A DNA stretch of 63,889 nucleotides, filler included, from Thraustochytrium aureum (lineage: Eukaryota): NCBI GenBank assembly GCA_012862495.1. It is 7 parts of 4 records of this genome, joined end to end, with 100 filler letters (N's around TTAATTAATTAA, not from the genome) between each part and the next. Parts side by side here need not be neighbours in the genome. Positions count along the whole stretch, not along the records: positions 43,409 to 56,154 come from BLSG01000391.1; 6 more parts are not named here. One strand, 5' to 3'. Each line of letters begins with the position of its first letter. The first letter of the stretch is position 1. The notes beneath the pieces were generated by a model that was given only the letters and a program-made list of their open reading frames with translations, searched no databases and was not told the origin of the DNA. Of the stretch, positions 43,411 through 54,456 are shown in pieces. Made by a program: the position numbers and the translations under genes.

Positions 43411-45072
43411 GACCTGGACGCGACGAGGATCCGCGAACTGCTGCTAGATTTCTACGCGGAAAATGACCCGCAACGACTCAACATGGGCCTGGACATTTTC
43501 TCCATGGTGGTCTGGACGCAACAGAACGGGCTCGCCTCCCTGAACGACCTGCTCATGGAGCAATACGGAGCCAAGATCGACCCGAACAAGCAGCTCGGAG
43601 GCGCCCAGGCGTCGTTCAAGCGGTTCAGCGCCCTCATGAACACCGACTCGGACGACGACGCCCAGCGGCGCAACCACATCTACACCAAGCTGGTCGAGTT
43701 CTACGAGCAGCGCGACCCGAGCAAGATCGGCCGGCTGAACGACTTTGTGCAGTACATCATGCTGCACGGCATCGATGCCTTCAACCGCAAGCTGGTTGCA
43801 AAGTACGGCGAGGGCATCTCCGTGGACGCTGACGCGGGCCGCGGCATCACCTCGAGCCGCATGGACAGCCGCCAGAGCCTGGGGTCCAGCTTCACAATCA
43901 GCACGGTCACGAGCCAAAGCACGACGAGCTACAAGACGGCCAACTCGGGCTCCAGCTCGGACTCGGCCAGAAGCGCCACGAAGCCGAGGGCGGTGCCCGC
44001 GCCCCCGCCCAAAAAGCGCGCCGACAAGCTCCCCCAGGACGACGAGGAGGTCGAGGACCTCTCCGATCTGCCCCCGCCCCCGCCGCCGATCGACGAGGTG
44101 CGCACCAGCAAGCCGCCCTCGCCCACCAAACTCAAAGCCAAACTCAAGGGGTACTACGCGCTCCACGACCCGGACAAGCTCACCCACGTGGACGCCATCG
44201 TCGAGTGGGGCATGCAGATCGGCGAGGAGGAGCTCGAGGGCAAGCTCATGCAGATCTACGGCGTCGGCTTCAACGCCAGCAACGACGCCCCGCCCCCCGC
44301 GGCAGCGCCGGCCAGGAAGAACGAGCAGAATGTCGACGCCAAGCGCGTTTCCCTCCGCGATCGCTTCCGCACGCGCGCAGGGTCGAAGGCAAGCAACACC
44401 TCGAACGCGCAAAAACCGAGCGCTCCGCAGCAGCCGATGCGCTCGCCCTCGCTCGCGCCCAGCCAGCTCGGCGGCCGCGCCAAGCCTGCCAAGCCCAAGG
44501 GCAGCCGCAACCCGCTCGCCATGGTGCAGGCGCAGGCCGGCTTCTCCGACTCGTCCAACGGGCGGCCCAACACGATGGCGCGCATCGCTGCTTCCCCGGA
44601 TGACGGCCCTTGCTCGTATTACGAGCTCGACATGACTGGGGCCGGCTTTGGAGTGTGCCGGTGCGGGTACAGCCGCCTCGCGCACATGAAGGGGAGCCCG
44701 GAGAACCGCAAGGCCACTGAGAACGCCAAGAAGAAGGCGCACAAGCTCACTGCGGAGATGCGCAGCACCCAGTTCCACCCGCAGAGCCGGGCCTCGCAGC
44801 TCCCTTCGCCCATCGGCGTGGTGCCCAACTCGCCGACTGGCTCGTACCTCAACAAAACGACGGCGTCCTCGAGCCCACCTCTGGTGCGGGTTGACGTGCG
44901 GGCCAACGGCGGGGAAAAGGGTGGCGACCACCCTTGCGGAAACTTTCGTCTCGACATGACTGCAGGAAGCTTTTCCGTCTGTGAGTGCGGCTTCAAGCGC
45001 GACCAGCACGGCAAAATCAGCGGGCTGCGCAGCTCTATGAAGCGGCTCTCGAAGCGTGTCCTTGGCCGGTAA
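43411..45072 (+). CDS. Hypothetical protein, 5'-truncated: three FYxxxDPxK...YG helical repeats, Pro-rich linkers and two C-terminal Cys/His motifs
   Basis: LLDFYAENDPQR..EQYG, LVEFYEQRDPSK..AKYG, LKGYYALHDPDK..QIYG; PCSYY..VCRCGYSRLAH and PCGNF..VCECGFKRDQH; strong GC3 coding bias. Confidence 0.8.
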   Translation, partial: DLDATRIRELLLDFYAENDPQRLNMGLDIFSMVVWTQQNGLASLNDLLMEQYGAKIDPNKQLGGAQASFKRFSALMNTDSDDDAQRRNHIYTKLVEFYEQRDPSKIGRLNDFVQYIMLHGIDAFNRKLVAKYGEGISVDADAGRGITSSRMDSRQSLGSSFTISTVTSQSTTSYKTANSGSSSDSARSATKPRAVPAPPPKKRADKLPQDDEEVEDLSDLPPPPPPIDEVRTSKPPSPTKLKAKLKGYYALHDPDKLTHVDAIVEWGMQIGEEELEGKLMQIYGVGFNASNDAPPPAAAPARKNEQNVDAKRVSLRDRFRTRAGSKASNTSNAQKPSAPQQPMRSPSLAPSQLGGRAKPAKPKGSRNPLAMVQAQAGFSDSSNGRPNTMARIAASPDDGPCSYYELDMTGAGFGVCRCGYSRLAHMKGSPENRKATENAKKKAHKLTAEMRSTQFHPQSRASQLPSPIGVVPNSPTGSYLNKTTASSSPPLVRVDVRANGGEKGGDHPCGNFRLDMTAGSFSVCECGFKRDQHGKISGLRSSMKRLSKRVLGR

Positions 45073-45353
45073 CGTGTTTTGTTCGTTCTACTTACTTTTT
45101 ATCGTGTCAACAATTCGTTTTGCCAGTTGCAGGGTTTCTCTCGGGCTGTCCAGGGCCGCCCGCGCCCGTGCGCTTGCGCGCACCTAGCATTCGTTGCGCG
45201 GCCCCGACGCGCTCGTCTGGAAGGTCGCCTCTGCGCCCGTTGCCGATTGTGCAGCCTTGCAGCGGCGCCGCATTCTGCCAGCTGCCCCACTCCCCAATTC
45301 TGTACGATGCGACGGCATGGCGCCGCTGCGGCGCAGTGCCGGCAGCCTGAGAG

Positions 45354-46198
45354 CTACGCAGAGAGGGCCTTCTGCACGATTTCCAGCTCGGCGCCGCTTA
45401 GCCCGAGCTTGAGCGCCGCTGCATGGCCACGCTCGCTCATTTTCGCCCACGTCCGTTGCACGATAGCGATGAGCTTGGCCTCGTCCGCCATGTCGTCGCG
45501 CTTGATGAAGGGTTTCCAGTAGTATTTGAGGAACACGAGGCAAATGACGTCCTCCAAGGCCTGGGAGAGCGGGTCCCGCTTTGTCTCGTCTGCGGCCTTG
45601 ATACCCTTTTTGGAAAGGAGGTAGACCACCTTCTCGCACGTTTCTGCGTCGAAGCCTTCTTCAAGCATGATGGACCTGGCGCGCTCGCCGTGGTACGCGT
45701 ACAGGTCTGTCCTCCATTTAAAGTACCCGGCGCGCCCCTCAGGGTAGCTGCTCCGCGGGGACGTCCACCGCGCGATGTGCTGCGCCCTCGCCGCCACCTG
45801 CAGCTCAACGGGGATAGCCTCGCCCTCCATGAAAAGGTTCAGCTGCTCGCTCATCCGCTGCCCGTAAATGAGCTCCTGCTCGGCGCGTCCCAGGCCCGTC
45901 AGCGTCCTGCGCCTCCTGCCAGCGGCCTCAAAGCGCTCCCGCCGTCCTCCAGCGAGCGCCCACTTACCTTGGGCATGCCTTCCTCGACGTTGGGGTCCTC
46001 GGCGTTGACCTCGTCGATGCGGCGCAGCACTCGCGCAAGCCGTTTCTCCTCGTCTACGCCAACCAGAATCTCCTCGACCTGAACCAGCACTGCCCGCACT
46101 GACAACTTGGCGCCTCTGCTTCGCGCGCGCATAGCGCCAGCTGCAACGAGCGCCGCCACGGCCGCGACTGCCACCACTGGCAGGCTCTTCGAGGCCAT
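45354..46198 (-). CDS. DUF4202 family protein with N-terminal hydrophobic anchor; exons 46198-45968 and 45875-45354, 250 aa
   Basis: IDEVNAEDPN..PK|ELIYGQRMS, AARAQHIARWTSPRSSYPEGRAGYFKWR, LEDVICLVFL, TWAKMSERG. A 92-nt intron GTAAGT...GCTGAC...CAG restores the conserved junction. Confidence 0.88.
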
Positions 46199-46959
46199 TT
46201 CTGCGTCGCGCGCAAACGGCGCCTCGTGGAGCTCCTGCCTATCTGCTTGGACTGGCTCGCTGGACCTGCCTGCACGACTGTCTGCCTGCCTGGATGGATG
46301 TCTGGAGAGNNNNNNNNNNNNNNNNNNNNNNNNNNNNNNNNNNNNNNNNNNNNNNNNNNNNNNNNNNNNNNNNNNNNNNNNNNNNNNNNNNNNNNNNNNN
46401 NNNNNNNNNNNNNNNNNNNNNNNNNNNNNNNNNNNNNNNNNNNNNNNNNNNNNNNNNNNNNNNNNNNNNNNNNNNNNNNNNNNNNNNNNNNNNNNNNNNN
46501 NNNNNNNNNNNNNNNNNNNNNNNNNNNNNNNNNNNNNNNNNNNNNNNNNNNNNNNNNNNNNNNNNNNNNNNNNNNNNNNNNNNNNNNNNNNNNNNNNNNN
46601 NNNNNNNNNNNNNNNNNNNNNNNNNNNNNNNNNNNNNNNNNNNNNNNNNNNNNNNNNNNNNNNNNNNNNNNNNNNNNNNNNNNNNNNNNNNNNNNNNNNN
46701 NNNNNNNNNNNNNNNNNNNNNNNNNNNNNNNNNNNNNNNNNNNNNNNNNNNNNNNNNNNNNNNNNNNNNNNNNNNNNNNNNNNNNNNNNNNNNNNNNNNN
46801 NNNNNNNNNNNNNNNNNNNNNNNNNNNNNNNNNNNNNNNNNNNNNNNNNACGATCTGCGCCAATCCATTCACCCAACTCGTTACTTTGCTGACGCTGTGA
46901 TTTTTCGAAATTAAGGGGGTCTATCGCCGAATGATTACCCTACCTACCTGCTTGAAAGC

Positions 46960-47135
46960 CTCCCTGCCTGCCTGCCTGCCTGGAGGCCTGGATGGACGGA
47001 TGCTTGGATGGAGGCCTGGAGGCCTGGATATGCCTGCCTGCCCGGAGGCCTGGATCGATGCTTGGACGCCTGGATATGCCTGCCCGCCTGCCCGCCCGCC
47101 TGCCCGCCCGCCTGCCTGCCTGCCTGCGCGGATGC
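46960..47135. repeat. Mosaic GCCT/GCCC/GGAT microsatellite; a further (GCAG)n run lies at 47370-47405
   Basis: Directly visible tetranucleotide runs. Confidence 0.85.
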
Positions 47136-47559
47136 CTGGTCGATGGACGATTGATTGCCAGAACGAATCGACTTGCCAGGACCCTTGACTCCGCGGCTTG
47201 GTGTTGAAATTCAGTGGTTGCACTTCAAGTACCTACTGAGTTGCGAGTTGTTGGCTGCTGGCGCGAGCGACGCTGCGATGGAAGGGCGCCACGCCCCTGC
47301 TGCAGCGCACATCAGGTTTCACTCTCTCACGGTACCGCGACGACAGCCACTGTTCTCGAGGACGCAGCCAGCAGGCAGGCAGGCAGGCAAGCAGGCAGGC
47401 AGGCAAGAGCGCAAGCCGCGTCTCAGTAGAATGGATTTATCCGTTGAAGGATTGGTGATGGACGAGCACGTTTTGGAGGATGGATGCGGACGGACGCCTG
47501 CATGGATGCAGCAGAGCAGCGCAGGTCGTTGGCCTGCGGAGGCTGGCGCGTGGCTCGCC

Positions 47560-49764
47560 ATGGAGCAGCCGCTCAGCGACCCGGAGGACCTCGCTGCGCC
47601 GGCGGAGGGCGCTGGGGACGGCCTCGAGACGGCGGCCAACCACGACGCCGCGCCCGCTGCTGAAGACGGCCACGAGGAGCGCCGGCACGACAGCGAAGAG
47701 GCGGAGGAAACCCGCTCGCTGCGCGGAGAAGACAGCCCACCTTGCGACGACCGCGATGGCGAATTCGATGACGAAGACTTTGGCTTGAGCAGAGACCCCA
47801 GCAGAGACGGAGCCAACGACGACCAAGTGCGAGGGTCGAGCTTCGGGTCCAAGCAATCAAAGCCCCGCGAGCAGCACCAAAGCTATAGCAGTGGCGCCCC
47901 TGCGCTGGCCCGCGACGAATCGAGACAGGATGGATTGCGCAAGTATTTAAAGCTTGTCGATTTTGGCGGGTTGGCCATGGCAATGCGCGGCACGGACGAG
48001 CAGCTCGAGCAGCAGAACGAGCGGCTCGCGACTGTGGAGCAGCTCATCGACAAGTTTCCGACAGAATACGTGACAGCAGAGGAGGTTCGGGAAAGCACCG
48101 AGCGCATGGATTATTTGTCGAAAAAGATCAAAACGATACTCGACACGTCAGAACGCACGCAAAAGGTCGACAGCATCAGGCTCACAGGCGAGCTGAATGC
48201 CTTGAGTGCGGCCTTCAACGAGCTTGGAGCCCGAGTTTCCCAGTTTGAGACCGAGCAACGAGCCACGCACGACGCGCTGCGGGACCTGCGACATAAGCTG
48301 GACGACAAGGTCTCGATCGACGAGCTGCGCGGAGTGAGGCTTCAGGTCCAAAACTGCGCGCTCAAGACCCAGCTTAGCGATGTGCAGGCTGCCATAGAGA
48401 GCCGCGCTCAACAGGCCGACCTCGACGCCCTGCGAGAGCGCATCGAGGCCGTGGCCGACCCCACGGCGCTAAGCGAGCACCTCGATGCCAAAATCAAGAC
48501 GGTGGTGGCCCCCTTGAAAGACGCTCTGGCCTCCATGGCAAACGTTGAAGACCTGGAGCGCGTGGAGGACTCTGCGCTCGACGCGCTCGACACGGCCAAG
48601 CTAGCGCGATCGAGCGTCGAGCTGGCCAACAGCCAGCTCGAGACCTTTGGCGAGCAGATCGAGGTGCTCAACACAGCGATGCACCGCAAGGTCAACGTCG
48701 AAGACATGAGATCAGAAGCAGAGGCGATCATGACGGAAATCACACGCGTCGTGGACGACGTCCGCGCGGCGCACTCGCTTGTCGCCGAACAAGTGGAAGC
48801 CATCAACGACACCGTCGGGACCAACTCGCGCGGGATGGACCGCTTTGAGGCCGAGGTGGCCAGGATCGACAGCGAGCTAGAGCAGCGCATCTCGACTGCG
48901 GACTGGGAGCAGATCGAAGCAGACCTTGTTGACACGTTTGCCACGAAAGAGCAAGTCGCCTCGTCGGTGGAACCGATTGTTCAAAAGCTCAACCAGGTCG
49001 TGGCAAAGCTGATCGAAGTCGACAAGGTCCTTGCCTCGAGGGCAGACGCGACGACCTGCGTCGAAAACAGAGAGCACATCGAGGACCTCTTCAGGATCGT
49101 GTCTGGTCTCCAAGCGTCGGCCGCGAGAGCGCCACCAGACGCCGGCGCGCAGGCCGGCCGAGCTGGTGAGGCCGCTGTCGACACCGCACCAAACGCCTCT
49201 GCGCATCAATCGAGTAAGTCGCAGCAAGGCTCACGGCGTGGGTCGGCCGGCCATAGCGCGCTCGTCGACAAGCTGGAGGCCAAGGTCTCCGAGCAGGCTG
49301 CTGCGATAACGCGGCTCGAAAAGCGACTTGCACAAGCCGAGGCCACGAGCAGCAGGGCCATGGAGCGGTCCGGCCGCGGCAGTGTCAGCGAGATCGCCAA
49401 GCTAGAGCGCCACGACGCCCAGCTCGGCGAGATCGCGGAGCAGCTCGCGGACCTGCGCAACGTTTTGCTAAAGCGCGCCGACGCGGGCGGCCTCGAGGCG
49501 GACCGCCCGGTGGTGCGGCAGGGCGACCTTGCTGTGGCCCCGATGTTGCCGCGGCGCCCAAGTGGCGGTGCGGCGAGCTCGGGTCTTGCGGGGCCCCGAC
49601 CGATACTTCACGCGCCGAGCGGCGGGGCGTTTGAGCTGTCTTCGGACAAGGAGGCTTGGGACCGGACCGAGAAGCAGCGTTGGCTGAGTGAGACACGGTC
49701 AGCAGAACCAACGCGCCCGGCGCCTGGGCCTGGCAGCGCTTCCACAAACCTGCCGCCGCTCTGA
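47560..49764 (+). CDS. Hypothetical long coiled-coil protein (start could be 47431)
   Basis: Open frame of more than 730 aa with an acidic disordered N-terminus and heptad-rich body; no recognisable domain. Confidence 0.7.
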   Translation: MEQPLSDPEDLAAPAEGAGDGLETAANHDAAPAAEDGHEERRHDSEEAEETRSLRGEDSPPCDDRDGEFDDEDFGLSRDPSRDGANDDQVRGSSFGSKQSKPREQHQSYSSGAPALARDESRQDGLRKYLKLVDFGGLAMAMRGTDEQLEQQNERLATVEQLIDKFPTEYVTAEEVRESTERMDYLSKKIKTILDTSERTQKVDSIRLTGELNALSAAFNELGARVSQFETEQRATHDALRDLRHKLDDKVSIDELRGVRLQVQNCALKTQLSDVQAAIESRAQQADLDALRERIEAVADPTALSEHLDAKIKTVVAPLKDALASMANVEDLERVEDSALDALDTAKLARSSVELANSQLETFGEQIEVLNTAMHRKVNVEDMRSEAEAIMTEITRVVDDVRAAHSLVAEQVEAINDTVGTNSRGMDRFEAEVARIDSELEQRISTADWEQIEADLVDTFATKEQVASSVEPIVQKLNQVVAKLIEVDKVLASRADATTCVENREHIEDLFRIVSGLQASAARAPPDAGAQAGRAGEAAVDTAPNASAHQSSKSQQGSRRGSAGHSALVDKLEAKVSEQAAAITRLEKRLAQAEATSSRAMERSGRGSVSEIAKLERHDAQLGEIAEQLADLRNVLLKRADAGGLEADRPVVRQGDLAVAPMLPRRPSGGAASSGLAGPRPILHAPSGGAFELSSDKEAWDRTEKQRWLSETRSAEPTRPAPGPGSASTNLPPL

Positions 49765-50140
49765 TTTCCTGCCGTCGCACCCACTTCCTCAGTTCTTCAA
49801 ATCTTTGCGTTGAATTACTTTTTGATTGACAAGACCAAATCTGATTGCACCCCCGCTGTTCGTACCAAACAACCGATGCGAGGCGCCCACCTGTCACACC
49901 CGTTGGCGAGCCCCTTCGCAAAAGCCTCGTGAAACGGGTAGCCCTGCGCCGCAGCCACGTAGAGCACCGAGTGTGACACGTGGTCACCCTGCAAACCATT
50001 GCTGCGAAGCGTCAGAAATGAAACCTAGGCCGCTTTGGCCGCTGTCCCAATGGCACCGAGCGGCAGCAACGCGTTCACTTGCGGGGCTTGCCGACGCGCG
50101 TCTGGAGATTTGGCACGCGTGCGACCCCCGCGCGGACTGC

Positions 50141-53100
50141 TCAGGCCTTCCAGGTCCTAACCGTGCCGTCCTCCGAGCAGCTCGCGAGTAGGGCTTGTGA
50201 GCTGTTCCACTTGGCGTGAAACACAGGGCCAACATGGCCGCGAAGCTTTGCAATGAGGTCGCCTGTATGCGTGTCCCAAGCGTGCACCTTGCCATCTTCA
50301 GACCCGCTAAACACGAGCGCGTCGCGCGGCCCAAACACGCTGCGAACAAAGTTGAGCGAGCTGTTCTGGTATCCGCGGAAGCGGCGCAGCGGCTTGCCAG
50401 TGCGCACGTCCAGCAGGCGCACAGAGCTGTCCTTGGAGCTGCACAAGAGCTGCAAGCCATCGCGGCTCACGTCAAGCGAGGTGATCTCGCCCACGGGCTG
50501 GTACAGCGTGCGCACGCAGACCCCACTGATCGTGTCCCAAAACTTGACTGTAGAGTCTTTCGAAGCGCTGATGATCAAATTCCCGAGCGGGTTGAAGCAA
50601 GCTTGCGTCACCGCAGAGCTGTGCCCGTGGAACGCCTTGACGACGCGGTTGGTCTCCAAGTTGACCAAGCGAACTGTTTTGTCGTACCCTGCTGTCGCGA
50701 GGTGGACTTGGTCTGCGTGAAACTCAACCGAGTACACGTCGCTCTGGTGGCCAGACTGCACGAGTTGGTGCGGCGCCTCGCCAAGCCTGTCCTGCTCCTC
50801 GGGACGCTCCAAGCAGCCCCACACATCCCAGAGTCGGACGGTATTGTCTCCCGAAGCGCTGCACAGCCAACGGCCCGAGCGGTCCGACGCTAGGTCCCAC
50901 ACGCGCGACTTGTGGCCGCGAATAACGAGCTCGGGGCCCCTCTGGTTGACGTGCAGGCGCTTTTGACGACCGCCATCGCTTCCACCAGGCCCGCCAACGC
51001 TGGTGCCCGCAACCTGCGGCACGGCGAGCGACGGGCGCACGCTAGCCAAGCTCCCTCTGCTCGGGCTGCGCGGGAGCGCGGCGACGGCCCGACCGGCAAT
51101 CGAGTGACTCCCGCCGCTGCGGCTCCTGCTCCGGCCGCGGCTCCGAGATCGTTGCGCATGCGCCCGACGCTGGTTTCGCTGCTGGCGCTGGAGGTCGCCG
51201 GCGGGGGGGACGGCCCACTTTTCTTCTTCGTGGTGGCCGCCGTCGGGCGGCTCTTCAGCGTCGCTCATTTCGTCCCCTGTCGAGGACGAGTCGGTGTCTA
51301 TGGCGTCTTGTACACGCCAGATCATGATCGTTCGGTCGCTCGACCCTGACGCGAGGAGGCGGCCCTCCGTGCCGAGAAACTCGACGCACTTTACGTTGTG
51401 TGCGTGGCCGACAAAGGTGTGGGCGAGCGCCCTTGGGACCTCAACGCTCTCAAAGTCCTCGAGGAGGGTCTCAACTTTGGGGGTGACGCCAAAGGCCGGC
51501 GAAGCGCTAAACTCGAGCTGATACGCGACTGCTTGCTGCAGGAGGCGCACGAGCCGCTCCTTCTCGACAAAGGCCGGGCGGGCGCCAAGCGTCGACTCCT
51601 CCGTGCTCGCGTACTCGGAGGTAACCATCGTCTTAAAGTCCTCGGCGAGGCGGTCTCGCGCCGTGGTGGCGTTCCAGTCGCGAAAGGAGGGCGCATCGTG
51701 CACCGACTTGCACGTAAGGAGGTAGCAGAGGTCCGCAAACTCGCTGCTGTTCCCCTGCGCTTTGGACTGGGCCTCGAGCGGCTTTAGCTTTTTGTGGAGG
51801 AACGAGAAGGCGCGCTCGTTCTCGCCGCGCGAAATGAGCTCGAGATACTCTTGCTTGTGGATTGCATAGAGGAACCGGCGGCTGTTCCTGCCGAGCATGG
51901 CCTTGGTGCTCAGCTTTGAGACGGCGCTCCACTCGCCCCGCGCGATGAGGTTGTAGGCCTGCTGGGCTTTGTCGCGCATCTCGGCGCGCTTGCGAAGCCG
52001 GACCTGCGCCTCGTCCTGCAAGGTGAGGGAGGCAGCCGCGAAGCCTTCCTCTTGCAGGTACGCTGCGATGATGCGGACGATGTCGTTCTTGACCCCAGAC
52101 TCGCTGGCGTCCAGCACAGCAGAGGGGTCGACGCGCCGCTCTCGCCGCCGCTGCCTGCGCCGCGAAAGGGTCGAGCGGCGCGGGCCCTGGAGCCCGTCGG
52201 CGGCCTCCCCTTCGTCTTGCTCCGCACTTGGAGAGCCCTGGCCTCCAAGCTCGGACACGCGCGCGCGCAGCGGCGGCGGCGGCGGCGGCGGCGGGCCTGC
52301 GCCCGCAGCAAACTCGACACTTTCTGCATCCTCCGTGGCAGGAGCCTGCACAGCTGCCTCGCTGTGCGCCCCAGCGAGCAGCATTGAAGCAAGCGAGGAG
52401 GCTCGGCCTCCTCCGTCCAGTGACATCGACCTAGTGATGCCAATACCGAGGTCGCTGAGACGCGACAAGGGGCGCGGCGGCGAGGCGGCAATGAGGTCGC
52501 CAAGAAACGACGACCCAGTCTCCTCTGGCTGCACTATCGTCGGAGAGGGCAGCACTGGCGGTGCTGCATCGCCGCCCGCCGCGCCTGTGCCGTTGACGAC
52601 GGCAAGACACGATGACCCGGCTTCATCATTTTCGGTCATCTGAGCGCCCGGGCCCACAGAGGCGCGCGAGAGGTCAGCCGGTGAGGGAGCTCTTGCGGTG
52701 CTACCGCTGTTGCTGCTGCTACTGCTGCTGCTACTGCTGCTGCTGCTGTTGTTGTTGTTGTTGCTGCTGATGGATGGGTTGAGGGAGGAACAGCGAGAGC
52801 AGGAGCAGGACCGAGAGAGGCGCAGAGAGCGAAAGGACAGCGGCGGCACAGCGTCGCAGGGCGGCTCGCCGGGACGCGCAGCGACCGCGTTGTGCAGGGC
52901 CTGGATTTGCGGAAGCGACATGAGGAAGCGGTGCACATGGTCCTGACAGTTGAGCGACGCGAGGCGGTCCGCCTCGAACAGCTCGAGGGCGATGGCAGAC
53001 AACTTTGGGTTGTCCGGGACCAAACCGAGCAAGCAGTGCGAGAGCAGGAGCTGCACGGCAGCGAGGTGGCCGTTGGATGAAGCCAGCATGATTGCCGTTC

Positions 53101-54023
53101 GGTGGACTTGGGTGACGGGCTTGGTGGGGTCCTCGCGCGTGCCGTCCCATAGCTGGACGACTGCGCCTCGCTCGATGAGTTCTTGCACAAAGTCGAGATG
53201 GCCGAGCGCAGCGGCAAGCTTGAGCGGGGAGACGCCAACGTGGTCGCAAGCCTCCAGCTCGGCGCCATGCTCGATAAGCGTCGCCGCAATAGCGGGCTTG
53301 CCGCAGCGAGCAGCCCAGTGCAGCGCCGAGGCGCGCGTGCGATCGAGCTCGCTGAGATCGGCTCCAGCGGCACACAGCGTGTTGACGACAGAAAGCGCGC
53401 CGCGCGCAGCGGCGAGCATGAGCGGAGTCAGGCCCTGCGCGTTCTTGGCGTCCAGAACGGTGTTCGGGGCTGCGACGAGGAGTTTTACGGCGCGTTGGCA
53501 GCCTTTGCGCGCCGCGTAGTGCAACGCCGTGTCGCTGCGGCGGTCTGCGTTCGAAGTGCTTGCGCCATGGGCCAGCAGAAGCTGGACGATTTCGTGGTGG
53601 CCAGCGCGCTTGCCGTGCAGCCCGCAGGCCAGCATCAGTGCGTCGACTCCATCTGCTGTCTGGACGGATGGCTTGGCTCCGCTCGCCAAGAGGAACTCTG
53701 CGACAGCGTAGTGGCCCTGCGCCACGCAGGCGAGCAGCGCAGTGCGTCCTTTCTGCGAAAGCGCCGTGTCAGTGCGCCGGCCGTTGCCCACAAGCACGCG
53801 TCGCTCGGAGACTTACTTTCGTTTCAGCAGCGTTGACGAGGTCGAGCGTGGCGTCCTGCCTCACTCTATCCGCGCACTCGGGCTCGCTCCCCGAGGCCAG
53901 CGGGACTGCAGCGCCCTGTTCACCCTTGGGCTTGCGCTGCCCGGGCACGCGGTCCTCGCACGACCTCACGAGCGACTTGACCTGCTCCAGGTCGCCGATC
54001 TCGGCCGCGAACAGCAGCGCCAT
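50141..54023 (-). CDS. Ankyrin repeats + LisH/CTLH + WD40 protein; exons 54023-53817 and 53752-50141, 1272 aa
   Basis: Ankyrin GRTALL, DTALHYAA, GLTPLMLAA; LisH DIVRIIAAYLQEEGF; CTLH IARGEW...KQEYLELI; WD40 GH...W repeats. 64-nt intron GTAAGT...CTGAC...GCAG. Confidence 0.85.
52706..52770. repeat. Trinucleotide (CTG/TTG) repeat encoding a poly-Asn/poly-Ser linker on the minus strand
   Basis: Visible gctgctgctactgctg...gttgttgttg tract within the ORF. Confidence 0.85.
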
Positions 54024-54152
54024 CGCGCTGCCCTGCGCGCCTCGCAGCAGCCCGGCGTCCAGCGCCCGCCAGCCGCTCCCCAAGCCGCGTGGAGCGGGCG
54101 TTGCGCGACTGCCAGACGCCGAACAGCGCCCTCGTTCGATCGTCGCCCACAG

Positions 54153-54262
54153 CGGTAGGCTACCAACTCGGCCACGTGTGGCACAGTGTAGCCTACGTTG
54201 GAACGTAGGTAGGGCGCGGCGTAGCCTACGTTGAAAGATGCAAGGCGGCGCGGTAGGCTACC
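54153..54262. promoter_or_regulatory. GTAGGCTAC/GTAGCCTAC motif cluster with a hairpin, in a divergent intergenic region
   Basis: cggtaggctacc twice, gtagcctacgttg twice, and the inverted repeat cctacgtt-gg-aacgtagg. Function is inferred. Confidence 0.45.
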
Positions 54263-54273
54263 GGTGCGTGGAT

Positions 54274-54311
<38 letters not shown>

Positions 54312-54456
54312 GGAGCGAGAGCAGCGGGAGCAGCAGCAGGCCCTGTTGGAGGAGGGAGGACCTGCTGCGCCTGTTGGAGCTGCTGGAGAGGCACCTGCCA
54401 CCTGTTGGAGCTGCTGGAGTTGGGAGCTGTCGGGGTCGTGCTGGAGCTGTTGGAGG

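Noticed and set aside
1841..45009. Many long antisense or overlapping ORFs (e.g. 1841-2968, 5855-7585, 27721-29223, 37723-39528, 43444-45009)
   Set aside because: Shadow ORFs expected from high GC and strong codon bias opposite real genes; no motifs. ORFs crossing N runs are also artificially long.
54273..54340. (CAG)n tract as a poly-Q coding region
   Set aside because: It lies upstream of the supported ATG at 54457, and its frame has no in-frame ATG before it, so it is probably a 5'UTR microsatellite.
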